Positions 35,803-44,654 of a stretch of DNA of 64,000 bases are shown here, in pieces. A program made the translations under genes and the position numbers. The DNA comes from Alphaproteobacteria bacterium (GTDB lineage Bacteria > Pseudomonadota > Alphaproteobacteria > Rhodobacterales > Rhodobacteraceae), in NCBI GenBank assembly GCA_030431485.1, contig JAUIIR010000010.1:331-64330 (forward strand), read 5' to 3'. Positions within the stretch are counted from its first letter, which is position 1; every line of letters starts with the position of its first letter. Below the pieces are notes generated by a model. The model did no database searches and had not been told where the DNA came from. It was given only the letters and a program-made list of their open reading frames with translations.

Positions 35803-38800
35803 TCATTCGATGATTGCCGGATCAGCGATCCCCACCAATTGCATCAGAAACCCATCTTCCGTCCCGTCGAGGATGTCTGCATAGATCGCATCGCTTTGCG
35901 CCAACCTGTCCTGCAGGCTGTCCCCGGTTCCGTCAAAGCCGTGCATCACCATGCGCGCCTCATCGACATCGGACATGCCGCGCGTGACTGCGAAATGCCC
36001 TCCGAGCAGAACCTTGTTCGCCAAATAGGCGGCATCGGCCGGGCTGCCGGTCTCGGCTTTAGCGCCTGCGAGGATCTCCTGAATAAAGGTGGGTGGAGTG
36101 ATCGCCGGATTGGTCTCAAGCAGCTCGAGCCAGAAATTCAGACCCGCCGCGTCGGGCGCGCGGCCCAGCACGTTCTGATAGACTGCTGTCACGAACTCGG
36201 ACAGGTCCGCCACCTCGCCATAAAGCGCACGGGTTTCAGGCTGATCAAAGAAGTATCCCGCGATGTCGCGGAGGCTCATGCCATCGGCAAGCTGATTGCC
36301 CCAGAAGTAAAGACCAACCGCATCCGGTGCCCGATTGAAATACGCGATATAAAGCTCGGTCAGAGCCGCCATCGCAGAACCGTCCAGTTGGGCCATGCCG
36401 TCGAACATGTCCACATCCAGACCGGCTGCACCGAAGACCGGCAAGGTCTCGGCGAACGTGACCTGATCATCCGCGTTCAGAATGCGCTGACCATCGCCAT
36501 CCGGCCGCCGATCTTCAATGACAATGGTGTCATCAGCGATACGCAGCGTGTAACTGGACTGGGCACCGCTCAGTGTGATCGGACCGTCATCGTCGCCTTG
36601 TTGGAGCCGGTTTGTGCTTTGCGCAGCCTCGTCGCTGTCGGAGACGTCCACATTCACATCAGGTCCTGCGGTCAAGGACGCAACAGTACCGTCTGTGGTC
36701 CCGCCACTATGGATGTTTTGTGTTTCACTGATCCATTGGGAGATGTTTTGGAAGTTTTGTGTGACGGTTGGGTTGAGTGTGTCTGGGAGCTGTATGTTTT
36801 GCGGGGGGAGTTGTCCTGTGAGTGTTGTGAAGTGGATGAGGGATGTGAGGAAGGAGAGTGTTGGCGTTGCGTGGCCTCCATCGTCGAGGAAGAGGTCTTC
36901 GGCGGTGAGGGTTTGCAGGCCGAGTTCGGGCGTGCTGATCATCTCTGCGACGCGGCTTCCGACGGGGATGAGGCGCACGTCGAGATCGGGGCGGGCCTGC
37001 TGGATCATCTCGGTGAGGGCCACCCACCAGCCATGCCATTCGCCGGTCATGCTGTCGCTCCATGCGTCAAGCTGCACCGGGACATCCGGGTAGCCGTCCA
37101 TCTCGGGCCAGGTCTCGTAGATGTTGATGGTGGCGCCGGGGGCACGGGCCTCGGCCCAGTCGATGATGCGCAGCGCGGCTTCGAGCGGCGAGGTGCCGGG
37201 CTCATGCCAATAGGGGCTGTCCGGGGACTGATCCTGCACATAGTTTGCCGGCGAGAGGGTGATCTGGTTGAAACCGGCTTCGGCAAAGCTCTGGCCTGCC
37301 TCCGGGTCCCAGGCGTTCTCGACGCCCTCAAGCCACAGCGTGGGATTGGCCGGCAGATCGTCATGCTGGGTCAGCATGCCGGTCTGGATCGAGGTGGCAT
37401 AGGAGATGCCGGACTGGGCGGCCATCTGCACCATCCAGTGAGGGACCGAATGCTCGGGGGCGTTGTCGGCCAGGGCGAAGAGCCCGTTGCCGAAAACATA
37501 TTCGCGGATCTCGGTGACGGTATCGATCACGGGCTGCGGCGTGGGTTCAGGCTGCGGCGCAGGCCGTGGCTGGGGCACAGGTGTCGGTGTGGGCTCCGGT
37601 ACAGGCAGCGGCTGCGGCTCGGGCTGCGGCGTGGGCACCGGGGTCGGCACGGGGGCGCCCTCGTCCTCCGGCGCGGGCGCAGGGCCCGGCACGGGGCCAA
37701 AGTCGAAATCGGCGTTGCCCCAGGTGCCGTCCTTCATGGTGGCGGGGGCGGGATGGCTGTCCATGAACGCCACCACGGCATCATGGCGTGCGGTGCTGTC
37801 CTGCAGGTGGCGCAGCGATCCCCAGCTGCCCCATTGGCTGGGCTCGGAGACATCGACGAAGGCGTTGAACAGCGTGCCACCAGCCGCTTCCCAGCCTGCG
37901 AGCAGCTCGGTGTAGAGCTGCCCCATACCGTCGGAATAGTTGAGATGAGTGAAGAACTCGGTGAGCTGATCGTTGTTGATCCATTGCCCGACACCGGCGA
38001 CATGGGTGCCGCCCTCGTACATCACCAGATCGAGCCCATGCGCCTCGGCGACGGATTTGTGGTAGGCGAACATCTCGAACAGGTGCTGCAGGGAATCCTC
38101 GCTATTGCCGGTGACCGACCCGTCACGCAGCTCGCGCACCGCCAGGTCCACAGCCAGATCGAAACGGTGCTCGGCAAAATAGGCCTCGGCGGCGCTGCCG
38201 CTCAGCCCACGAGCCGACGCGTCCTGACGGGCCTGAGCCTCGCTCCGGGCGATCCAGTCGAGCACCAGCGGCGCTTTGGCGTCCGTGCCGAGGCCGCCGC
38301 TGAAATAGCCGGTGATGGCGTAGGTGTCGAAGGAGAGATAGGGCGCGGCGTTGGTCGGGCTGAGCGCCTGCCATGCGGGCGCCTGCAGGATCGATTCCTC
38401 CAGCCCCGGCCAGCCGGTATGGGTGGCGATGACCTTGACCAGCCGGTCCTCGTTGCCTGCATAGACCGTGTCGAGGACGCGCGCCATCTCGGTTGCGCGG
38501 GCACCGTATTCCTGCATCCAGCCATCGCCGAGGTCCTGACCGAAGCGCGCCTCCGCAGCGGCCGCGGCCTCACGGGCCTGCTCGAACATCCAGTTCCAGA
38601 CCTCGTTGGACATCTCGATATGGGCGCGCAGATCGGGGTCGAGATTGTCGCGCACATAGGTTGCGAAATTGCGGATATAGGCCTCGTCGGCATTCCAGGG
38701 GATGTTGAACCAGGGTTCGGTGCCGGTGGCATTGGCCAGCGCGACCATGACCTCGAGGGGCACACCTTCGGAATAGCTGTAAGTGTCGGGTGTGGGACGG

Positions 38801-39423
38801 TCGGACCAGCTGCGGATGGTGGATTCGTTGGTCTCCTGCCAATCCATGAAGCGCAGCGCCTGGGCGTCACCGATCACCTCGAGCCAGAGCGGGTTGAAGA
38901 GCGCGCCGGCCTCAAAAGCCGGGATGTACTCCTGCTTGACCACCTCGATATTGCGCAGGTAGTTGCCGGTGTTCTGCGGGTCGGTGTCGGAAATCGACAC
39001 CACAACCATGCCTTCGCCGGTGGGGGTGTAGTTGAACCAGATCTCGCCATTCGACTGCGATACGATCTCGGCGCCATGCACATGGATCTCGCCCGCGCCA
39101 TCATAGCTCAGCCGGTAGGTCCCCGCCGTGTACTGCGCCTCCGCTGGCATCTCGGTGAGGATGAAGGTCTCGACCCGGTCAACCCCGGCCGGCAGATCGG
39201 TGATCCAGCCATTGGCATCCAGAAGACCCATCGCCGCCAGATCCTCCGCCTGATAGGCCCCCCACTGGCTCTCGCTGTGCCCAAGCCACGCACGCGAGGT
39301 CTTGAACACATCCAAAAACGGCTGCTGAACACTCCAATCAACAACACCGCGCAAACCAAACGACAAACCAGCCGAAGACGTCTGCGTCCCAAATATGTTG
39401 GTCAAGGGTTCCATACCCCACAC
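35803..39423 (-). CDS. Large (about 1200 aa) multidomain protein: clan-GH-A-like TIM-barrel N-domain, Pro/Thr linker, unassigned middle domain, two DUF4214-like C-terminal repeats
   Basis: The start is GTG at 39423 or ATG at 39414 (MEPLTNIFG), preceded by GAGGGG. There is no Sec, Tat or lipoprotein signal. The N-domain has SNEVWNW and MYEGGTH, candidate acid/base and nucleophile Glu of (beta/alpha)8 glycosidases, plus RFMDWQETNES. The linker is PVPGPAPAPEDEGAPVPTPVPTPQPEPQPLPVPEPTPTPVPQPRPAPQPEPTPQP. The C-terminal repeats are LYIAYFNRAPDAVGLYFWGNQL and VYQNVLGRAPDAAGLNFWLELL (DUF4214-type). Confidence 0.8.
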   Translation of the reverse strand: MWGMEPLTNIFGTQTSSAGLSFGLRGVVDWSVQQPFLDVFKTSRAWLGHSESQWGAYQAEDLAAMGLLDANGWITDLPAGVDRVETFILTEMPAEAQYTAGTYRLSYDGAGEIHVHGAEIVSQSNGEIWFNYTPTGEGMVVVSISDTDPQNTGNYLRNIEVVKQEYIPAFEAGALFNPLWLEVIGDAQALRFMDWQETNESTIRSWSDRPTPDTYSYSEGVPLEVMVALANATGTEPWFNIPWNADEAYIRNFATYVRDNLDPDLRAHIEMSNEVWNWMFEQAREAAAAAEARFGQDLGDGWMQEYGARATEMARVLDTVYAGNEDRLVKVIATHTGWPGLEESILQAPAWQALSPTNAAPYLSFDTYAITGYFSGGLGTDAKAPLVLDWIARSEAQARQDASARGLSGSAAEAYFAEHRFDLAVDLAVRELRDGSVTGNSEDSLQHLFEMFAYHKSVAEAHGLDLVMYEGGTHVAGVGQWINNDQLTEFFTHLNYSDGMGQLYTELLAGWEAAGGTLFNAFVDVSEPSQWGSWGSLRHLQDSTARHDAVVAFMDSHPAPATMKDGTWGNADFDFGPVPGPAPAPEDEGAPVPTPVPTPQPEPQPLPVPEPTPTPVPQPRPAPQPEPTPQPVIDTVTEIREYVFGNGLFALADNAPEHSVPHWMVQMAAQSGISYATSIQTGMLTQHDDLPANPTLWLEGVENAWDPEAGQSFAEAGFNQITLSPANYVQDQSPDSPYWHEPGTSPLEAALRIIDWAEARAPGATINIYETWPEMDGYPDVPVQLDAWSDSMTGEWHGWWVALTEMIQQARPDLDVRLIPVGSRVAEMISTPELGLQTLTAEDLFLDDGGHATPTLSFLTSLIHFTTLTGQLPPQNIQLPDTLNPTVTQNFQNISQWISETQNIHSGGTTDGTVASLTAGPDVNVDVSDSDEAAQSTNRLQQGDDDGPITLSGAQSSYTLRIADDTIVIEDRRPDGDGQRILNADDQVTFAETLPVFGAAGLDVDMFDGMAQLDGSAMAALTELYIAYFNRAPDAVGLYFWGNQLADGMSLRDIAGYFFDQPETRALYGEVADLSEFVTAVYQNVLGRAPDAAGLNFWLELLETNPAITPPTFIQEILAGAKAETGSPADAAYLANKVLLGGHFAVTRGMSDVDEARMVMHGFDGTGDSLQDRLAQSDAIYADILDGTEDGFLMQLVGIADPAIIE
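37531..37700 (-). repeat. Low-complexity Pro/Thr-linker coding repeat inside the giant gene
   Basis: The plus strand shows reiterated GGCTGCGGC / GGTGTGGG / GGCACNGG units. These encode the PxPxP linker on the minus strand. Confidence 0.8.
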
Positions 39424-39736
39424 CCCTCATTCAAAACGCCCCCGGAGCGGGTGATGCGGAGTGAGGTGTGAACGCGGTGTTAAATGCTGAGTTTGCTGAA
39501 AAGTTTAGCGTTTCCGGACAGGCAGTGGAGCGCTGAGTTGGAAGAATATTTTTCTGGGAAAAAGTTTTAATGTCAGGAGCTTGGCGAAAATCGTGCGATT
39601 GCAACGTACCGGCGCAATTGGAATTCTGGAAATAGGGAAAACTCGCCGCATCTCGGGCCGCGCGGCGGTCCTGAAAGGCTTAGGTTGCTTTGATTTTGCC
39701 TGCAAAACGCAAAGCAGGCCAGACACCTCGGGCGTG

Positions 39737-40153
39737 TCAGGTGCGGCGCAGCTTTATGACCACGTTGACGCTGGAGATCTCTGCACCTTCAGGAGGTGAG
39801 GGGATGCGGGCTATTTCAAGCTGATCAGCCGGTGCATCTGTCAACCGCCCTTCGTCTTCCCAAAAGAAATGCGGATGGTCATGGGTGTTGGTATCGAAAT
39901 AACTGCGGGCCCCATCAACGGTCACTTCCCGCATCAGCCCAGCATCGCAGAATGCCCGCAATGTATTGTAGACCGTCGCCAGCGATACCTGTTCTCCGGT
40001 GTCCTGTACGGCGGCAAAAAGGCTTTCGGCGGTCACGTGACGGTTTTTACCATCTCCGACGAGCAAAGACGCCAACGCCACCCGCTGCCGGGTCGGGCGA
40101 ACACCCCCCTTTGACAACCAGTCGGTTCCGCGCTCAATGGATCGTGCAGACAT
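39737..40153 (-). CDS. irr: Fur-family iron response regulator Irr
   Basis: The ATG at 40153 gives MSARSIERGTDWLSKGGVRPTRQRVALASLLVGDGKNRHVTAESLF...LATVYNTLRAFCDAGLMREV...FDTNTHDHPHFF. This is the Fur fold with the HxH region typical of Irr. It is divergent from fabA, as in many alphaproteobacteria. Confidence 0.8.
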   Translation of the reverse strand: MSARSIERGTDWLSKGGVRPTRQRVALASLLVGDGKNRHVTAESLFAAVQDTGEQVSLATVYNTLRAFCDAGLMREVTVDGARSYFDTNTHDHPHFFWEDEGRLTDAPADQLEIARIPSPPEGAEISSVNVVIKLRRT

Positions 40154-40323
40154 GCCAGACCTTCTCCTTATTGTAGGTATATAGGGTGCGAATGGCTCGC
40201 AGTTCAAATAAATTTCTTGCAACAACTTGTCTCATGCCTGTCCCCGTGTTGGTCTTGCGTGCTTTGTGGGCGCGATGCTAGAGGACACGGGATTTGCTAA
40301 TCCATCCGGGAGCCCAATCCGCC

Positions 40324-40833
40324 ATGACCGAATTTCCACGCAGCTTTGACCGTGACGACCTTTTGAAATGCGCACGGGGTGAGTTGTTCGGGCCGGGCAA
40401 TGCTCAGCTTCCCGAACCTCCGATGCTGATGATGGACCGGATCACCGATATTTCAGGTGATGGTGGTGAGCATGGCAAAGGCCATGTCGTGGCGGAGTTC
40501 GACATCACACCTGACCTCTGGTTTTTTGATTGCCATTTTCCGGGCAATCCGATCATGCCAGGGTGCCTTGGGCTTGATGGTTTGTGGCAGTTGACTGGCT
40601 TCAATCTGGGTTGGCGCGGTTGGCAAGGACGCGGCTATGCGTTGGGTGTCGGCGAAGTGAAACTGACCGGCATGGTGCGGCCAGATCGCAAAATGCTGAC
40701 CTATTATGTTGATTTCACCAAGGCAATTCAGACGCGCCGCCTGACCATGGGGGTTGCAGACGGCCGGGTCGAAGCGGATGGCGAAACCATCTATCAGGTC
40801 AAAGACATGAAGGTCGCGCTGTCCGAAAGCTGA
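40324..40833 (+). CDS. fabA: 3-hydroxydecanoyl-ACP dehydratase/isomerase
   Basis: The ATG at 40324 gives [40 protein letters not shown]..., and the active-site region is [24 protein letters not shown]. Confidence 0.9.
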   Translation: MTEFPRSFDRDDLLKCARGELFGPGNAQLPEPPMLMMDRITDISGDGGEHGKGHVVAEFDITPDLWFFDCHFPGNPIMPGCLGLDGLWQLTGFNLGWRGWQGRGYALGVGEVKLTGMVRPDRKMLTYYVDFTKAIQTRRLTMGVADGRVEADGETIYQVKDMKVALSES

Positions 40834-40852
40834 GGATCGCACAGCCTCAACA

Positions 40853-41533
40853 TTATTTTTTGGGCCCGCGGGAAAACACCATCTTCTGGTTTGCAAGTTT
40901 GTCACGCTCCCCGGTCCATGCGTAGCACAGCAAAGCCGGGTTCTGGTCCGCAACCGTGATGCGATGCCGTTGTTCGGGCGGGTTGAAGATCAGAGACCCT
41001 GGCGCGTAGACACCCTGATCGTTTTCGGACACAGCACCGGACAGGCAAATGTAGCTTTCCGAAATACCGCTATAGGCATGGGCCGGATAGGTGCAACCCG
41101 GCGCAAACAGCACCAGACCCAAAATCACTTCGTCGGTGATCACCGGGCCGGTTGGTCCTGCCAGTTCAGCATACGCGTATTTCTGTTCCAGTCCACGCGG
41201 GACCTTTTCATATCCATATTGCCACACGAAATGCTGCTGGACGCTTTCCAGCGCGCGAATGAAAGGCGCGTGGCGTTCCATTCGTCCATTGTCGAGAGCC
41301 CGCCTGAGGTGCGCAGAGACAGGCTTGGAGACGGGCTCAAGCTCGCGGACCTCGGCATTGGCTTTGATCACGCGGTTGATGCTCTCTCGGACGACTTTCT
41401 GGTGTGTGCGAATCTTTGCGCTGCCACCGGCAGAAAGGCGGCGATAGAGTTCGTAGTAGTCGCGCAGCAGATAAAGCCAATCCGGGCGGTCATGTAGGCG
41501 GGGATGATCGGTCATTGGAAGCAGCCTGTTCAA
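40853..41533 (-). CDS. Cupin-fold protein, probable DddL-family (DMSP-lyase-like) homologue
   Basis: About 220-226 aa. The N-terminal HDRPDWLYLLRDYYELYRR and the C-terminal cupin GCTYPAHAYSGISESYICLSG...PGSLIFNPPEQRHRI resemble DddL as I recall it. This is unverified. Cupin motif 1 reads H-x-Y where H-x-H is canonical. Confidence 0.5.
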   Translation of the reverse strand: MNRLLPMTDHPRLHDRPDWLYLLRDYYELYRRLSAGGSAKIRTHQKVVRESINRVIKANAEVRELEPVSKPVSAHLRRALDNGRMERHAPFIRALESVQQHFVWQYGYEKVPRGLEQKYAYAELAGPTGPVITDEVILGLVLFAPGCTYPAHAYSGISESYICLSGAVSENDQGVYAPGSLIFNPPEQRHRITVADQNPALLCYAWTGERDKLANQKMVFSRGPKK

Positions 41534-41760
41534 TGCGAAATTGGCGCGTGTGTCGTGGTTGCGGCCATCCTGTGCAACTGAAAAATCAACTGAGGCTTTT
41601 GGTTTGGCGTCCAGATTATTGAGACCAGCTGTTCTGCCACGGCAGAGCCCTTAGGTGCCTCTGATTTGCGCAAGGTCTGACGGTCGGATCGCAGCCAATC
41701 TGCTTGCCCCCACCCCCCGCCTTCCCCTACACACGCATGCAACAATTGTAAGGAGCCGTG

Positions 41761-42990
41761 ATGCGCCGTGTTGTCGTGACAGGATTGGGGATTGTTTCCT
41801 CCATTGGGAACAATACCGAAGAAGTGGCTGCGAGCCTGAAAGCAGGCCGTTCCGGGATCACCGCAAATGCGGATATGGCCGAACATGGATTCCGCTCCCA
41901 AGTGGCCGGGGCGATTGATCTGAACGTGGCTGACCATGTGGACAAGCGCACGCTGCGGTTCATGGGGCCGGGGGCAGCCTATGCGCATATCGCGATGGGG
42001 CAGGCGATTGCTGATGCGGGGCTCACCCCGGAAGAGGTGGTGAACCCGATGACCGGCCTGATCGCTGGATCGGGCGGGCCGTCGACAAGCGCCATGCTGA
42101 CGGCGCATCAGTCCGTTCTGAGCATGGGCGCCACCAAGCGGATCGGGCCATTTGCGGTTCCGAAAACCATGTCCTCAACCGTGAGCGCCAACCTTGCGAC
42201 GGCCTACCAGATCAAGGGCATGAACTTCTCGATCACCTCCGCCTGTTCGACCTCGCTGCATTGCATCGGTATGGCAGCCCAGCAGGTGGCCTTGGGGCTG
42301 CAGGACGTGATGTTTGCGGGCGGTGGTGAAGAACTCGACTGGACGCTATCCTGTCTCTTCGACGCAATGGGCGCGATGTCGTCGAAATACAACGATACGC
42401 CCGAGAAAGCGTCGCGCGCTTTTGATGCAGGGCGTGATGGCTTTGTGATCTCGGGCGGCGGCGCGATGGTCGTGCTCGAACCGCTGGAGCGGGCCTTGGT
42501 GCGTGGGGCCACGATCTATGCTGAAGTCACCGGGTTTTCGGCCACCTCGGATGGGGCCGACATGGTCGCACCGTCGGGTGAAGGTGGCGAGCGTGCGATG
42601 CGCGGCGCGCTCAAGACGCTGCCGGACGGTCGCAGCGTCAGCTACATCAACGCGCATGGCACCTCGACACCTGTCGGCGACGTGGGCGAAATCGAAGCGG
42701 TGCGCCGCGTCTTTGGCGACGGCAGCACACCCCCGGTAAGTTCCACCAAGTCGATGACCGGCCACAGTCAGGGTGCGACTGGCGCGCAAGAGGCGATCTA
42801 CTGTCTGCTCGCGTTGCGGGACGATTTTATCATCCCGTCGATCAACGTGGAAACGCTGGATCCGGCGCTGAAGCCGGAAGAAATCGCCACCGATCTGGTG
42901 GAAAATGCGGGCCTCGATACGGTGATGACCAATTCCTTCGGGTTTGGCGGCACCAATGGGTCGATGTTGTTGTCGAAATACGTGGATTGA
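41761..42990 (+). CDS. fabB: Beta-ketoacyl-ACP synthase I
   Basis: [18 protein letters not shown], active-site Cys in [13 protein letters not shown], His in [12 protein letters not shown] and [16 protein letters not shown] 5 nt before the ATG at 41761. Confidence 0.9.
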   Translation: MRRVVVTGLGIVSSIGNNTEEVAASLKAGRSGITANADMAEHGFRSQVAGAIDLNVADHVDKRTLRFMGPGAAYAHIAMGQAIADAGLTPEEVVNPMTGLIAGSGGPSTSAMLTAHQSVLSMGATKRIGPFAVPKTMSSTVSANLATAYQIKGMNFSITSACSTSLHCIGMAAQQVALGLQDVMFAGGGEELDWTLSCLFDAMGAMSSKYNDTPEKASRAFDAGRDGFVISGGGAMVVLEPLERALVRGATIYAEVTGFSATSDGADMVAPSGEGGERAMRGALKTLPDGRSVSYINAHGTSTPVGDVGEIEAVRRVFGDGSTPPVSSTKSMTGHSQGATGAQEAIYCLLALRDDFIIPSINVETLDPALKPEEIATDLVENAGLDTVMTNSFGFGGTNGSMLLSKYVD

Positions 42991-42992
42991 CT

Positions 42993-43784
42993 ATGAGCGG
43001 ACAGTTGAAGGGCAAGCGCGGCCTGATCATGGGCGTCGCCAATGAACGCTCCATCGCGTGGGGAATCGCGAAGTCGATGGCTGACGCCGGTGCAGAGTTG
43101 GCTTTCACCTATCAGGGTGAAGCCTTTGGGAAGCGCCTTGAGCCGCTGGCTGCGAGTGTCGGGTCGGATTTCATGGTCGATGTGGATGTGACCGATGACG
43201 CCTCGCTCGATACCGCGTTTGAACAACTTGCCGCGCGCTGGCCGATCATTGATTTTGTCGTTCACGCCATTGCGTTTTCCGACAAGTCAGAACTGCAGGG
43301 CCGCATCCTCAACACCAGCCGCGCCAACTTCAAGAACTCGCTCGACATTTCGGCCTACAGCTTCATTGACGTGGCCCGTCGGGCGCACCCGCTGATGGTC
43401 GAAAATGGCGGCACTTTGCTGACACTGACCTATATGGGCTCCACCCGTGTAACCCCGAATTACAACGTGATGGGGGTGGCGAAAGCCGCGCTCGAAGCAT
43501 CAGTCCGCTATTTGGCGAATGACCTTGGGCCAGAGGGCATCCGGGTGAACGCGATCAGCCCCGGCCCGATGAAAACGTTGGCTGGAGCAGCCATCGGCGG
43601 TGCGCGCAAGACCTATAAGCACACGGATCAGAACGCGCCGCTGCGGTCGAACGCGACGCTCGAAGCGGTGGGCGGAACAGCCGTATATCTTGCCTCGGAT
43701 GCCGGGTCGTGCACCACAGGTGAGATCATTCGCGTCGATGGCGGATTCCATGTTCTGGGGATGCCGCAATACGATCATCTGTAA
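42993..43784 (+). CDS. fabI: Enoyl-ACP reductase (NADH), FabI type
   Basis: The ATG at 42993 gives MSGQLKGKRGLIMGVANERSIAWGIAK. Catalytic region: MGVAKAALEASVRYLA, NAISPGPMKTLA. Confidence 0.9.
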   Translation: MSGQLKGKRGLIMGVANERSIAWGIAKSMADAGAELAFTYQGEAFGKRLEPLAASVGSDFMVDVDVTDDASLDTAFEQLAARWPIIDFVVHAIAFSDKSELQGRILNTSRANFKNSLDISAYSFIDVARRAHPLMVENGGTLLTLTYMGSTRVTPNYNVMGVAKAALEASVRYLANDLGPEGIRVNAISPGPMKTLAGAAIGGARKTYKHTDQNAPLRSNATLEAVGGTAVYLASDAGSCTTGEIIRVDGGFHVLGMPQYDHL

Positions 43785-43844
43785 GCGGAGAGGGAACTCT
43801 CGTTAGGCCTGTGCGTTGTCGACTGCAAAGGAGACACGTACCAC

Positions 43845-44519
43845 ATGACGTATACGCTGACGCTGCAAAGTATCGAACCTGTGACCCATGACACCAATCA
43901 TTTGGTGTTCAACAAGCCGGACGGGTACACATATACCCCCGGTCAAGCTTGCGATTTTTCGCTGTTGAAGGACGGGTGGCAGAACGAAAAACGCCCCTTC
44001 ACCTTTACAGGGCTGCCGACCGAGTCGACGTTGGAATTCGTGATCAAATCCTACCCGGACCATGACGGCGTCACGGAACAGATCGCGCAGATGCAAATGA
44101 CCAATCAGGTCGAAATCAGTGATGCCTGGGGCGCAATCGAAGACCAGGGGCCCGGTGTCTTTGTTGCCGGGGGCGCGGGCATCACCCCGTTTATTGCGGT
44201 GCTCAAGCGTCGGTTGCAGACGCACGGATCGCTTGATGATTGTCACCTCGTTTTCTCGAACAAGACTGAAAAAGACATCATCCTCCGCGACGCATTCACA
44301 TCCATGGCCGGTTTGAACTGTCACTTCGTTGTGACGGACGACCCCGACAGCAAGTTCTCGCGCGGCCAGATTGATAAAGACTTTCTGGCGCCCATCGTCT
44401 CGGACAGCGACGGCCCCATATACATTTGCGGCCCGGAACCAATGATCAACGATATGTCCAAGGCCGTTCAGTCACTGGGCGTCTCGCAAGACCGGATTGT
44501 GACCGAGGATCTGGACTGA
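43845..44519 (+). CDS. Ferredoxin-NADP-reductase-like FAD/NAD(P)-binding oxidoreductase
   Basis: RPFTFTG (an RxY[ST]-like FAD motif) and GPGVFVAGGAGITPFIAVL (NAD(P) binding). AAGGAG SD upstream. Confidence 0.7.
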   Translation: MTYTLTLQSIEPVTHDTNHLVFNKPDGYTYTPGQACDFSLLKDGWQNEKRPFTFTGLPTESTLEFVIKSYPDHDGVTEQIAQMQMTNQVEISDAWGAIEDQGPGVFVAGGAGITPFIAVLKRRLQTHGSLDDCHLVFSNKTEKDIILRDAFTSMAGLNCHFVVTDDPDSKFSRGQIDKDFLAPIVSDSDGPIYICGPEPMINDMSKAVQSLGVSQDRIVTEDLD

Positions 44520-44654
44520 CCGACAACTCGCCAAACGGCGCTCATTCAATAAAATTCGGTGTCCGCTGCGAGTGTAGCGGGCACGGCTGGACGTGATCTG
44601 TCCAACATTTTCAAGACCGCAGGATAGTCCTGTGTGCCGACATAGGTAGATACG

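Noticed and set aside
37531-37700. Reiterated GGCTGCGGC-type units, considered as a possible CRISPR array, VNTR or contingency locus.
   Set aside because: The units are short, imperfect and in-frame, and they encode the PxPxP linker. There are no spacer-repeat periodicity, no leader and no cas genes. This is a low-complexity coding repeat only.
35803-39423. A diversity-generating retroelement or other targeted hypermutation, considered as an explanation for the odd composition patches in the giant gene.
   Set aside because: No reverse transcriptase gene lies nearby. I could find no template/variable repeat pair by eye. The two biased patches are not reverse complements or copies of each other beyond what their composition produces.
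35665-39471. A 1268-aa stop-free ORF on the plus strand, covering the entire giant gene and both of its flanks.
   Set aside because: Its translation is low-complexity and Arg/Gly/His/Asp-rich with no recognisable motifs. The minus-strand frame encodes coherent domains: glycosidase-like motifs, a Pro/Thr linker and DUF4214-type repeats. It also has an SD-preceded start. Long antisense shadow ORFs are expected in high-GC genes with GC-rich third positions. Its unusual length is noted, but I see no evidence that it is coding.
39698-39719. The hairpin GCCTGC-N10-GCAGGC just downstream of the irr stop, considered as an intrinsic terminator.
   Set aside because: The stem is only 6 bp, the loop is 10 nt, and no U-tract follows on the minus strand (AAAATCAAAG follows). 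This is too weak to annotate.
40154-40323. A search for an Irr/ICE-type box (TTTAGAA-N3-TTCTAAA-like) or a Fur box in the irr-fabA divergent region and upstream of the giant gene (39480-39640).
   Set aside because: Only vague AT-rich stretches are present (for example TTCAAATAAATTTCTTGCAA and GGAATTCTGGAAAT). Nothing approaches the consensus closely enough to claim.
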